Assembly (NCBI GenBank): GCA_951406725.2
Contig: OX597836.1
Location: forward strand, 21,514,001-21,578,000
Origin: Octopus vulgaris
Lineage: Eukaryota
DNA: 64,000 bases
Direction of reading: 5' to 3'
A program made the position numbers and the translations under genes. Within the stretch, counting starts at the first letter, position 1, and each line of letters begins with the position of its first letter. Positions 26,201 to 39,975 of the stretch are shown in pieces. Below the pieces are notes generated by a model. The model had not been told where the DNA came from and made no database searches. It saw nothing but the letters and a program-made list of their open reading frames with translations.

Positions 26201-26620
26201 TAGGAGGAGAGCATTGCTGAGGCCCATGAGCGGAAGCTGTTGGTCTATGAAGAGCTGGTAGCTGAGATTCGGGAGAAGGGTTACATCTGTGAGCTGGCTG
26301 CGTTCGAGATCGGCTGCAGGGGTTTCCAAGCAGCTTCTATCAGAAGGTTTCTGAAGGTGGCTGGTCTATCTGCTGTGAGGAAGGCAATCAAGCAATATGG
26401 AGAGAAAGTAGTTGAGGGTAGTGCTTGGATTACCAGGAGGTTTTTGAATGCATATAAGGCCACAGAACTGTCATGAGTCCGGTTGCAACGCAATACGTCC
26501 AGCTGTTGCGGGCTCACCGTATGGAGAGATACTGAACTTAATGGGCTGGAATCTTGTCGAAGCACGGCGCTCAGCTGATGATTGCTGCCGGACGAGAAAT
26601 GGAGCACTTGGTGCTTTCCT
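26201..26620 (+). mobile_element. 3' fragment of a non-LTR retrotransposon with restriction-like endonuclease (Hero-like)
   Basis: EESIAEAHERKLLVYEELVAEIREKGYICELAAFEIGCRGF...GSAWI... with stop at 26476, matching the EAHERK..KY..L / EVGCRGF C-terminus; a putative 3' UTR follows. Confidence 0.8.
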
Positions 26621-26625
26621 ATATA

Positions 26626-27040
26626 CTCTTTACTCTTTACTCTTTTACTTGTTTCAGTCATTTGACTGCGGCCATGCTGGAGCACCGCCTTTAGTCGAGC
26701 AAATCGACCCCGGGACTTATTCTTTGTAAGCCCAGTACTTATTCTATCGGTCTCTTTTGCCGAAACACACCAGCATCGGTTGTCAAGCACACACCAGCAT
26801 CGGTTGTCAAGCAATGCTAGGGGGACAAACACAGACACACAAACATATACACACACACACACATATATATATACATATATACGACAGGCTTCTTTCAGTT
26901 TCCGTCTACCAAATCCACTCACAAGGCATTGGTCGGACCGGGGCTATAGCAGAAGACACTTGCCCAAGATACCACGCAGTGACTGAACCTAGAACCATGT
27001 GGTTGGTTAGCAAGCTACTTACCACACAGCCACTCCTGCG

Positions 27041-27042
<2 letters not shown>
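26626..27042 (-). mobile_element. SINE family B
   Basis: Homology to 7473; internal duplication of ACACACCAGCATCGGTTGTCAAGC. A deleted copy follows at about 27197-27372. Confidence 0.9.
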
Positions 27043-27103
<61 letters not shown>

Positions 27104-27369
27104 AAGTTAATCCAAACAAGAAAACACAAAAAAACGCAACAACGCGAGGACGTGGAACAAATATAGTGTTATTGGACGCTCAGGAAAGAAGGAAAGCCTA
27201 GTACTTATTCTATCGGACTCTTTGACCGCAGTTTCCGTCTACCAAATCCACTCACAGGGCTTTGATCAGCCAGAGGATATAGTAGAAGACACTTGCCCAT
27301 TGCGTCACGCAGTGGGGCTGAACCTGGAACCATGTGGTTGGTAAGCAAGCTACTTACCACACAACCACT

Positions 27370-27444
<75 letters not shown>

Positions 27445-27799
27445 TTTTCAGATTATCCAATTTTTTATCATATAATTGTGTTTTCACCGCCATTATAATT
27501 CTATGCATCTTATTACTTCCCTTATTACTTTCCGATTCAAAATCATCCGTCATAAATATCCCCCAAACACCCTTTATGTTCACCACTACTCCTGCTTTTA
27601 TAAGAGCTGTTATCATATATTATATCCCAAGTTTTATATACTGTCTTCCCCAATATTCTTTTATATATTTTCATTTCCATATTACTATTTAATTCAGCGT
27701 TTTATTTTTACTTCTTCTCCCCCCACGTTTTATTCCTTGTTTATATGTATATATATATTTAAATGTTGACCTACCCTGATTCTAAATTTACACTTGGGG

Positions 27800-27930
27800 A
27801 CCTATGACTTAGTGGTTTGGGCGTTGGGCTCATGATCAAGAGATTGTGATTTGAATTCCTGGACCGAGTGATGCGTTGTGTTCTTGAGCAAAACATTTCA
27901 TTTTACGTTGCTTCAGTTCACTCAGCCGGT
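27800..27930 (+). mobile_element. Degenerate tRNA-SINE head with CORE-like segment (head X)
   Basis: Degenerate A/B boxes then GTGTTCTTGAGCAAAACATTTCATTTTACGTTGCTTCAGTTCACTCAGC. Confidence 0.6.
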
Positions 27931-28063
27931 TAAAAGGAGTAATTCTGCGAAGGACATGTGTCCTGTCCAAGGGATGAATATATACGTCACGGGATCTGGG
28001 AAACCAGCCCCTATGAGCCAATGGCTCGAGAAGGATATTTGACCCTTTTGAAGCATTCTTAAA

Positions 28064-28372
28064 AGGTAAAGGTGAAGACCCTCTTCGGTTATGACTGACC
28101 ATGGGATTGCACCTAGAAAGTCCACCTCTAAGGCACAAGTCTGGGCAAGGTTGCTTATGGAAGACCAGTAGTTGCCCACGCATACCAAGCTCACCCCACT
28201 CTCCATGCCACTGATGTTAACCAAGGGAAAGGCAAAGGTCGATGCAGCTTGGCACCAGTGACATCACAACTCATTTCTACAGATGAGTGAAAATACACAC
28301 AGCCCAGCCCGTAAATCGAAATCACTACCTCATGATTGTGAGCCCGACGCTCTAACTACTGAGCCATGCGCC
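28064..28372 (-). mobile_element. tRNA-derived SINE, head X with tail D
   Basis: - strand head GGCGCATGGCTCAGTAGTTAGAGCGTCGGGCTCACAATCATGAGG; colinear with 53405-53736. Confidence 0.8.
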
Positions 28373-28651
28373 TTCCCTTGCATACTTATATGTATATACA
28401 TTCACATACGTACACACACATGCATGTATTGTGGGGTGGAGTGCACAGCTGTCGAAACTTCGAAGTTGCTGTCAATAACAGCATTAACAATGTCTATTCA
28501 CTCGAAGTGAGACCTTTACTCAGTTAATATTCAGTTTTTACGTTTTTAAAAGCCTCCAAAAACTATATCTGTCTGTCTGCCACACCATGTGTCTGTCTGT
28601 TTATCTATCTATGTATATGTTCACACGACATAAACGCATGCATGCATATAC

Positions 28652-28755
<104 letters not shown>

Positions 28756-28848
28756 ACATGTAGCATGCATACACACGCACATATAAAATTCAAGTATACA
28801 TAAATGTATCTTCATAAATATGTGAGCATCCGCGTATATACACACATA

Positions 28849-28978
<130 letters not shown>

Positions 28979-29853
28979 TCACACACCTTTGCATACATAC
29001 ATGTGGTGTAGGTAATAGATATCCATTTAGCAGTCAGTAAGTTACATTACATAGCCATTGGCAAGTCTGATTGGTTTTGATATGAAAACTAAAACAAAAA
29101 CCAAAAAAAAAAACAAGAAGGAAACAAAAATAAAAAAGACAAAACAAAAGAAAAACCCCTATCTTTTCATGTCTGCAGAGAACGTACCAGCTTGATGGCT
29201 GCAGTTGGAGGGGATTAATTGATTGATTGGATGTAGGGAAAAATCTAATCGATTGCCTATAGTTTCGAACTTGTCAAAAGGATTCTATAATAAGAAATCC
29301 AAAAGTCTCAAGAGATTATCATCATCATTATTCTTATTCATATTCTTATTCTTCCTATTATTATTCTCGTAAATTGCGATTCCCTTTAATTAACCAAGAA
29401 AATACGTTTTCGGGCGATGGTTCGCCTAAAGCGGTCAAACGGAAACGAAAACGCGCGTGAATATGATAATTGCACTTCCGGTCTGCTTGTTAGCAATCAG
29501 CGTTGGTGTCTTCCATTGTGTCTTCCTCGTTGATGCTTCTGCCAAGACTTTGGTAAAAATTCTATAAATTAGATGGTTACGGTATTCATTGTTTGCTTTT
29601 TTATTCGTTGTTTTTTTTTTGTTTTTTTCCGTGAAATAGAATTGTTGTAGCGGAATCGTTAGAACACTCAAGAAAATACTTTGTGCAATTTGTTTTAACT
29701 CTTTACATTCTAAGTTCATCTTCTGCCGGGATCAGTTTTGCTTTTGATCTTTTCGGGGGAGATAAAATAAAGTACCAGTCATGTACTTGGGTTGATGTAA
29801 TCGACTCACCCTTCTCTTACAATTACTAGCGTAGGAGTGGCTGTGTGAATATA

Positions 29854-30244
29854 GGCGTAGGTGTGGCTGTGTGGTAAGTAGCTTGCTTATCATGATTCCG
29901 GGTTCCGTACCACTGCGTGGCACCTTGGGCAAGTGTCTTCTACTATAGCTTCGGGCCGACCAAAGCCCTGTGAGTGGATTTGGTAGATGGAAATTGAAAG
30001 AATCCCGTCGTATATATGTATATATATGTGTGTATGTGTGTGTATGTGTTTGTGTGTCTGTGTTTATCGCCCCAACATCGCTTGACAACCGATGCTGGTG
30101 TGTTTACGTCCCCGTAACTTGGCGGTTCGGCAAAAGAGACCGTTAGATAAATACTAGGCTTATATATAATAAGTCCTGGGGTCGATTTGCTCAACAAAAG
30201 GCGGTGCTCCAGCATGGCCGCAGCGAAATGAATGAAACAAGTAA
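29854..30244 (+). mobile_element. SINE family B
   Basis: Homology to 17734; a second short head copy lies just upstream (29829-29847). Confidence 0.9.
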
Positions 30245-30785
30245 AAAAAAGAGCTTTGTTAAAAAATTTGAAGCCATTCTTCTTGTTGGGGCGCGATAAA
30301 ATCAGAACCAGTCTAGTACTTGGGGCGATGTAATCGACTTACCTACTCCCCCGAAATAGCTGATCTTAAGCCAAAATTGTTTTTAATATTGTTGCTGTTG
30401 TTTTTATCATCATTATCGTTGTTGTCTAACCTCAGGTCGGCTCTGATATCTCGTCTTTTTTTTTTTAGTAAGGCGTAGCATATCTAAATGTACACTATCT
30501 TCTGTGTACCGCGGTTTCTTTAAGATAGCAGGCTGTATGAGCAATATCTGATAGCTCTTTCTGGCAAATACAAGCATTACAAAGTGACTTGTTGCCTTGT
30601 TGACAAAAGAGTAGAGGATTGGGTAGACCTATTATCCGCTCCAACCAACAGCAATTCTACCGGTTGAATAGGTGCTAAAGCAGTTTCTAAGCTTGTTGTC
30701 AATTGAGGTTTTGAATCAGGTGAAGCCAAGTATGTCCATGATAAAGAAAACATTTCCATTCGGCAGCCAAAGTGATTGCATCACC

Positions 30786-31018
30786 TATTTCTCTACTACT
30801 CACAACGGGCTAAACGCAGAGAGGACAAACAAGGACAGACAAACAGATTAAGTCGATTATATCGACCCCAGTGCGTAATTGGTACTTAATTTATCGACCC
30901 TGAAAGGATGAAAGGCAAAGTCGACCTCGGCGGAATTTAAACTCAGAACGTAACGGCAGACGAAATACGGCTACGCATTTCGCCCAGCGTGCTAACGTTT
31001 CTGCCAGCTCGCCGCCTT
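30786..31018 (-). mobile_element. SINE family C with 17-bp TSD
   Basis: Head AAGGCGGCGAGCTGGCAGAAACGTTAGC; central GCCTTTCATCCTTTC-GGGTCGATAAATTAAGTACCA (resembles the MetaSINE central domain, from memory). TSD AAAGTG(A/G)TTGCATCACC at 30769-30785 and 31019-31035. Confidence 0.9.
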
Positions 31019-31382
31019 AAAGTGGTTGCATCACCATTACCCTCAATCTTATATTGTTTTTTTCCTAAGCGAAGTGTATCTTGGTCTACACTTTCCAATG
31101 TATATCGCTTTCTTTTCAAATATGATAGTGTGTAATATGAGGAAACCGATCAAAGAAATGAGGTCTCTGTTTAGTAGAGAGAGCACACATCCGTCGCAAA
31201 TCGAAGAACATTAATAATAATTTAAATGCCAGAAAAGAGATATTCACATGGTGTATTTACGCGGATAAATTCGTGCTTACCAACTGAAAAATGCCACTTA
31301 ACAGCACCGCAAATCATAGACCCAACTGGCCAGAGCTCCACTCTTGCTTTCTCTTGTGCAAGCCAATCTAATGGATGCCTGC

Positions 31383-31577
<195 letters not shown>

Positions 31578-31658
31578 TTGTCAGTGTGTGTGTGTATGTT
31601 TGTGCGTCTGTCTGTGTGTCTGTGTTTCTATGTGTCTATCTCTCCCAATATAAATAAT

Positions 31659-31700
<42 letters not shown>

Positions 31701-31709
31701 CATTCTCTC

Positions 31710-31760
<51 letters not shown>

Positions 31761-31786
31761 ACACACACATACACACACGCATACAC

Positions 31787-31817
<31 letters not shown>

Positions 31818-32200
31818 CACGCATAGACACACACACACACACACACACCCCCATCTGTTTCCACAAGTCGTCATTACGCATACCTCCTCCATGTGTCTCC
31901 CTCATCGGAATGTACCATAAATAAACCTCCCCAGGTACCATCATATACTTTAAATGTTAACCAACCTAATCCCTCATCACAATTCGGTCATTTTGATCCT
32001 GGTAAAACTAGCAGCCAAATCTCACTCAAATCCCTCCCGACTGTTGTTAATGTATGAAAGGATACGTTACACAATGTCGTCTTAGATATACATAAAAGTC
32101 TGGTCGGCCACGACTGGAACGTTTTTTTTAGAATAAGTCTGCGCGGTTAGAGTAGACCTATGAGAAAAGCCAAGGCGAACAGCATTTCTTTCTGACTGCA

Positions 32201-32307
<107 letters not shown>

Positions 32308-32439
32308 GCACGCACATGCACCCCCCACAGAGGCACTCACATACATACATACATACATACATACATGCATACATATATACATACATACATACATATATAT
32401 GTATATATATATGTGTATATATATGTATATATATATGTG

Positions 32440-32474
<35 letters not shown>

Positions 32475-32475
32475 G

Positions 32476-32561
<86 letters not shown>

Positions 32562-32609
32562 GATTGATATATATATACATACACACAAACACGTATACAC
32601 ACATATATG

Positions 32610-32657
<48 letters not shown>

Positions 32658-33107
32658 TATATGTGTTATTATATCTGTGTATGTTTATATGTAGGTAACA
32701 CTAGAATGCTACCCATTACGTAGCGGAGAGCTTTGGGAGTATAACTTTTGTCGTTATGGGCAACACCAGGAAAATATAACATACATACAATAACCTTAAT
32801 GAAATCTTTTATCAAATTTCTTGCAGTTTATACAAAATTATGAAATGAATACTAAATTTTTTTTCAGAATTTTTTACATTAAAACAAAATGAAATAAAGT
32901 AAATTTCTCGTTCGTATGACTTTTTCTATAATTACTCTCTTTGTGTGTGTGTGTGTGTGTGCGTGTGCGTGTAAGTGTGTGCGTATGTGTGTGGTGTTCC
33001 TTTACACATTGCCTGCCACCAAACCTAGTATGTGCACTCATCTTGCGTTTCTTATGTTAATCCTTTCTGCATTTCTCTTTTACTCTTTCCCTTTTCACTC
33101 TAGAAAG

Positions 33108-33391
33108 CAACCAACCAACCAACCAACCAACCAACCAACTAGCCAACCAACCAACCAACCAACCAACCAACCAACCAGCCAACCAACCAACCAACCAACC
33201 AACCAGCCAACCAATCAACCAACCAATCATCCAACCAACCAACCAACCAACCAACCAACCAACCAACCAACCATCCAACCAGCAAACCAACCAACCAACC
33301 AACCAACCAACCAACCAACCAACCAACCAACCAACCAACCAACCAACCAACCAATCAACCAACCAACCATCCAACCAACCAACCAACCAAC
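33108..33391. repeat. (AACC)n microsatellite
   Basis: Read directly. Confidence 0.98.
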
Positions 33392-33423
33392 ATTTATATC
33401 AGCTTTTGTAACATTAAGAGTCA

Positions 33424-33630
33424 AGGTGGTGCGCTGGCAGACTCGTTAGCTGATTGGACAAAATGCTTAAACAGTTCGCTTGTACAAGTTCAAATATTGC
33501 CGAGGTATGCTTTGCCTTTCATCCTTTCAGGGTCGATAAAATAAAGTACTGGCGAAGTACAGGAATCAGTGTAATCGACTTATATCCTCGCCTTGAAGCT
33601 CATTGCCTTGTACCACAAATTAAAGCCATT
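33424..33630 (+). mobile_element. Diverged SINE family C
   Basis: AAGGTGGTGCGCTGGCAGA...GCCTTTCATCCTTTCAGGGTCGATAAAATAAAGTACT. Confidence 0.75.
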
Positions 33631-33889
33631 ATCTTATAGAGATTAAGGGGGAAAATGGGACAAATAACTGTCCAAAAGCCTTATTTTGGGACATCGGGGA
33701 TTATAGTTTGCAAACCGGGACGACAGGACACCTTATTTATGACCCTTTTGAGGATGCCCTGCATTGTTGGAAGGTATCCTCGAACCGGCCACCTATTTTG
33801 AATCTTTTGCAAAGGAGTGAACCAAGACTTCGAAAGATACCCAAGGGACCAGGTGCCAGGGTTAAACCGCTTATATTTATAGACCGAGT

Positions 33890-34195
33890 GAAGCTATGTG
33901 TCTTAGTGATTAGGGACATTCGATTCACGATCGTGAGGTCGTGAGTTCAATTCCTGGCGGCAAAACGTTTTATTTTACACTGCTCCAGTCCACTCAGCTG
34001 GCAAAAATGAGTAGCACCTGTAATTCAAAGGGCCAGTCTTGTCACATCCGGTGTCACACTGAATCTCCCTGACAACTACGTTAAGGGTATGCGTGTCTGT
34101 GGAGTGCTCAGCCACATGCAAATTAATTTCTCGAGCAGGTTGTTCTGTTGATCGGATCAACTGGAACCCTTGTCGTCATAACCGACGGAATGCCC
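33890..34195 (+). mobile_element. Older SINE: head X with family A tail
   Basis: B box GAGTTCAATTCC, CORE-like GCTCCAGTCCACTCAGCTGG, then the family A tail. A similar copy lies at 47105-47340. Confidence 0.75.
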
Positions 34196-34349
34196 AGTTA
34201 AAAATATTCATTGACCCTGGAAGAATGAAAAGTAAAGACAACGTCAACAAGGATCGAACTCAGCTCAAAAAAAGCAGAATAGATACCGCGGGGTATTTTG
34301 TTCGACGCTCTTAATGCTTTCGCCAAGTCGCCGAAATATGGCGCCTGAA

Positions 34350-35600
34350 CAACAACAACAACAAACCACCACCGCCATCACCACCACCACCACCACCACC
34401 ATAAACATGACCAGCAGCAGCGGCGGCGGCGGCGGCAGAAGCAGGACCACCACCACCATTCTCGCCATCACCATATCAAAAGACTGTACTAACATATATA
34501 ACCATAATACTAGCAGAACAGCTGTTGCCACAACCACCACCGCCATCACCGCCACCGCCGCCGCCACCACCACCACCACCACCACAACCATCACCACCAC
34601 CACCACCTCCACCACCACCACCTCCTCCACCACCACCACCACCACCACCACCACCACCTCCACCACCACCACCACCACCACCACCACCACCACCACCACC
34701 ACCACCACCACCACCACCACCACCACCACCACCAACACTACCACCACCACCATCACCATCGCCACCACCACCAGCACCATCGCCACCACCACCATCTCCA
34801 TCATCACCACCACCGCCACCACCATCACCATCACCACACCACCATCACCACCACCACCACCACCACCACCACCACCACCACCTCCACCACCACCACCTCC
34901 ACCACCACCACCACCACCTCCACCACCACCACAACCACCACCACAACCGCCGCCGCGGCCCCCACCACCAACCCCACCATCACCGCCATCACCACAACCA
35001 CCACCACCACCACAACCGCCATCACCACAACCACCACCACCACCACCATCACCACCACCACCACCACCATCACCATCACCACCACCACCACCACCACCAC
35101 CACCACCACCACCACCACCACCACCACCATCACCATCGCCACCACCACCATCACCATCGCCACCACCACCATCACCATCATCACCACCACCGCCACCACC
35201 ATCACCATCACCACCATCACCGCCACCACCACCACCACCTCCACCACCACCACCTCCACCACCACCACCACCACCTCCACCACCACCACAACCACCACCA
35301 TAACCATCGCCGCGGCCACCACCACCAACCCCACCATCACCAACCCCACCATCACCGCCATCACCACAACCACCACCACCACCACAACCACCACCACCAC
35401 AACCACCACCATCACCACCACCACCACCACCATCACCATCGCCACCACCATCACCACCACCACCACCATCAGCACTGCCACCGCCGCCGCCGCCACCACC
35501 ACCACCACCACCACCACCACCACCGCCGCCGCCGCCACCACCAACCTCACCACCACCACCACCACTACCACCACCTCCACCACCATCACCATCACCACCA
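34350..35600. repeat. (CAC)n / (CCA)n degenerate trinucleotide array with internal block duplication
   Basis: Read directly; the block around 34880-35040 recurs near 35240-35420. Confidence 0.95.
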
Positions 35601-35970
35601 TCTATCGCAGCAGCATTATAGCTGACAGTTGTTGCGCTGCTGCTGCTGCTGCTACTACAACTGCTGCTGCTACTGTTTACAGTTTCATTTTTCTGTCAGT
35701 TGTGAAACTTAACTGATCCAAAATGAAGAGCAACAACAATAACAACAACAACGGTAATAATTCTTTTAAACTTTGGCACGAGGCCAGCAATTTTAGGGGG
35801 AGGAGTAAGTCGACTATATATATATATCGACCTCAGAGTTCAACTGGTACTTTATATTATCGAACCCCGAGAGGATGAAAGACAAAGCTGACCTCGGTGG
35901 AATTCGGACTGACACCGCAAAGACGGGACAAAATGCCATTTGGCCTTTTAACAAAAACAACAACAATAAC

Positions 35971-36251
35971 AAACAATACCAAAAATAAAGAAGAATTTCG
36001 TTTCAGAATTTGGTTTGTAAGATTCTTGATGTGAACTCGTGTGTTGGAACAAACTTTGTTGTGTCTTGGGACAGTCATTACGCCAATGATGCGTGTTATT
36101 ATTTTGGACAGTAAGAAACAATACCCAAAATAAGAAGAATTTCGTTTCAGAATTTGGTTTGTAAGATTCTTGATGTGAGTTCGTGTGTTGGAACAAACTT
36201 TGTTGTGTCTTGGGACAGTCATTACGCCAATGATGCGTGTTATTATTTTGG
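35971..36251. repeat. Direct tandem duplication, two copies of about 137 bp (period ~145)
   Basis: 35971-36107 and 36116-36251 are nearly identical. Confidence 0.92.
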
Positions 36252-36989
36252 TTTAAATGAAGGTGGAAAGCTGGCAGAATCGTTAGCACTCCGGACAAAA
36301 AATGCGTAGCGGCATTTTATTCGTCTTTACATTCTGGGTTCAAATTCCGCTGAGGTCTCAACTTTGCCTTTCATTCTTTCGGGGTCGATAAAATAAGTAC
36401 CTATTTCTTTACTACCCACAAGGGGCTAAACACAGAGGGGACAAACAGGGACAGACAAAGGGATTAAGTCGATTACATCGACCCCAGTGCGTAACTGGTA
36501 CTTATTTAATCGACCCCGAAAGGATGAAAGGCAAAGTTGACCTCGGCGGAATTTGAACTCAGAACGTAATGGCAGATGAAAAACGGCTACGCATTTCGCC
36601 CGGCGTGCTAACGTTTCTGCCAGCTCGCCGCCTTAGGGGTCCGATAAAATAAGTACCGGTTGAATATTACGGTCGAAGTAATCGATTATTCTCCTCCCCG
36701 AAGTTTCATGCCTAGTGCCTTTAAAAGAAAGGACTATTTTGGCTTAATGAAGGCAGCGAGCTGGTAGAATCGTTAACACACCGGACAAAAATGCTCAGCG
36801 GCATTTCGTTCGTTCTGAGTTAAAATTCCGCTGATAAAAGGCAAAGGTCGACTTGGCTTTTTATGCTTTAGCGGTTGATAAAATAAGTACCAACTGAGTG
36901 GTGGGGTCAACGTAATCGACCAACCTCCTCCCACAAAATTGCTGGCCTTGTACCAAAGTTTGAAACCATTATTATTAGTGTAATGACTT

Positions 36990-37353
36990 CCCCAAAGTCC
37001 ATCCCCTCCTCACCGTGGTGGGAACGCTAGCAACGGGTAGTGTCAGAGCTATGCCGTCGGGAACTTCGGTTCCTGGTAGGGCCACCCAAGGCGGATTGGT
37101 CTGACACCGAGTGGTATTAGGGCCACAACCCGGCAGATGGGGCTCTGGTGAAAATCCTCGGAGTGTCTGTTTTCGGCAACCGGCGGCTCCTCGGACAATC
37201 TGCGACAAACAGGATGTCTCTACATGCGGGATTGTTGGGGACCGCTTGTGAAATCCACATATTCCCAAGAAACTTCTTCGATGCTTCGAGGGTGGTAGAA
37301 GAAGCCGACTCAACCCGCCCAGGGTGAATGTCGCCACAAGTACAAGTAAGTAG
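36990..37353 (+). mobile_element. Putative non-autonomous RTE-clade derivative (structured 5' region plus short repeat tail)
   Basis: GC-rich island. CACCGTGGTGGG...GAGCTATGCC...CCTGGTAGGGCCACCCAAGGCGGA resembles RTE/Expander 5' UTRs as I recall them; ends CAAGTACAAGTAAGTAG. Confidence 0.45.
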
Positions 37354-38834
37354 TGTCTCAAGACACAACAAAATGATAATAATTCTTTCTTCTTAAAGGC
37401 CCAAGGCCTGAAATTTGAGGGAAAGGGAACAGTCGGTTACCAGTACGCCTTTGGTACTTAATTTATCGGCTCCGAAAGGATGAAAAGCAAAATCGATCTC
37501 GGCGCAATTTGAACCCAGAACGTAAAGACGGAAGAAATGCCTCAGAACATTTTGTCCGGCTTGCTAACGACTCTGTCATTGGCCGCCTTCATAATAATAG
37601 TAACCCTTTCTATTATAGGCACGAGGCCTGAAATTTTGGAAAGAGGACTAGTCGATTACATCGACCCCAGGATTATATTAGTACTTGATAAGGCGGTGAG
37701 CTGGCAGAAACGTTAGCGCGCCGGGCGAAATGCTTACCGGTAATTCGTCTATCGTTACGTTCTGAGTTCAAATTCCGCCGAGGTCGACTTTGCCTTTCAT
37801 CCTTTCGGGATCGATAAATAAAGTACCAGTTTCGCACTGGGGTCGATGTAATCGACTTAATCCGTTTGTCTGTCCTTGTTTGTCCCCTCTATGTCTAGCC
37901 CCTTGTAGGCAGTAAAGAAATATATATTATTACTTAATTTATCGACCCCTAAATTTTGAAAGGCGAAGTCGACTTCGGTGGAATTTGAACTCAGAACATA
38001 TTAAGACGTAGAGCATTTTGTCCGGCGTGCTAACGACTCTGCCAGCTCATCGCCTTAATAATAATAATTATGAATCAAAATGCAACAATACCTATTTCTT
38101 TATTACCCACAAGGGGCTCAACACAGAGAGGACAAACAAGGACAGACATAGGTATTAAGTCGATTACATCGACCCCAGTGCGTAACTGGTACTTAATTTA
38201 TCGACCCCGAAAGGATGAAAGACAAAGTCAACCTCAGCGGAATTTGAACTCACAACGTAGCGACAGACGAAATACCTATTTCTTTATTACCCACAAGGGG
38301 CTAAACATAGAGGGGACAAACCAAGGACAGACATAGGTATTAAGTCGATTACATCGACCTCAGTGCGTAACTGGTACTTAATTTATCGACCCCGAAAGGA
38401 TGAAAGGCTAAGTCAACCTCAGCGGAATTTGAACTCACAACGTAGCGACAGACGAAATCCCTATTTCTTTACTACCCACAAAGGGGCTAAACACAGAGAA
38501 GATAAACAAGGACAGACAAACGAATTAAGTCGATTATATCGACTCCAGTGCGTAACTGGTACTTATTCAATCGACCCCGAAAGGATGAAAGGCAAAGTCG
38601 ACCTCGGCGGAATTTGAACTCACAACGTAGCGACAGACGAAATACCGCTAAGCATTTCGCCTGGCGTGCTAACGTTTCTGCCAGCTCGCCGCCTTAAAAT
38701 GCAACAATACCAACAGTTAAAACGTCCCGCCCCATCTTCACACTGACCACTCCAATTGTTTTGAAAAGTAGCTGACAGAAGTGGTGGTGGTGGTGGTAGT
38801 GGTGGTGGTGTTCTGGGCGTGTTCGGGACACACA

Positions 38835-38892
<58 letters not shown>

Positions 38893-38959
38893 ACTAACAA
38901 AATACATAAACAAATAGTTTTTACCCACCCGCTCCCGTTGTTGAGAAAGTAAATAAACT

Positions 38960-39519
38960 CACCATCACCACTACCACTACCACCATCATCATCATCATCA
39001 TCGTTATCATCGCTATACTTATTCTCCGTCATCATCACCATGATCATCATTATTATACTCACCACCAGCACCACAAGCACCACCAGCACCAGCACCACCA
39101 CCAGCACCACCAGCACCAGCACCAGCACCACCACTACCACCAGCACCACCACCACTACCACCAGCACCACCACCAGCACCATCAGCACCATCACCACCAG
39201 CACCACCAGCACCACCACCAGCACCACCAGCACCACCACCAGCACCACCAGCACCACCAGCACCACCACCAGCACCACCAGTACCACCACCAGCACCACC
39301 AGCACCACCACCATCACCATCAGCACCATCACCACCAGCACCACCAGCACCACCACCAGCACCACCAGCACCACCAGCACCACCAGCACCAGCACCACCA
39401 GCACCATCACCATCACCAGCACCACCACTACCACCACCACCACCAGCACCAGCACCACCAGCACCAGCACCATCACCATCACCACCATCACCACCACCAC
39501 CACCACCACCACCACCACC

Positions 39520-39552
<33 letters not shown>

Positions 39553-39840
39553 GCAACCGCCGCCGCCGTCCACACCGACAGCAACAATAACGACGGCCAA
39601 CACCAGTTTTTTTCGAAAAATGTAAATAAACTCTCCTCTCCCTACACCTCACAACTGCTGTTACCTCCATCCTATTGCCATCACATTTCATTACCACCAC
39701 CACCACCACCACCACCACCACCACCACCACCACCACTACCACCACCACTACCACGACTCTTCCTTCCACTCTCACAGCGTCCCCACTCGCAACACCGACA
39801 CTCACACTTTACACCGATTCTCTCTCTCTCTCCCTCTTTC

Positions 39841-39894
<54 letters not shown>

Positions 39895-39937
39895 ATCTGC
39901 CTGTGTCTGTCTATCTGTTTGTCTGTCTCTCTTTCAG

Positions 39938-39975
<38 letters not shown>

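Larger units (their letters stand above)
35760..38697. mobile_element. Dense cluster of about 10 SINE family C copies on both strands, including nested and tandem copies
   Basis: Copies near 35760-35950(-), 36259-36730(+, split), 36402-36634(-), 36750-36968(+), 37395-37590(-), 37690-37920(+), 37930-38056(-) and 38093-38695(-, body in triplicate). Confidence 0.9.

Noticed and set aside
33640-33865. Possible hAT and piggyBac MITE remnants
   Set aside because: Only one plausible terminus is visible for each.
34314-35625. Long Thr/Pro/His-rich ORFs resembling mucin, extensin or His-rich proteins
   Set aside because: All frames are open because of (CAC)n; there is no splice structure or non-repetitive domain.
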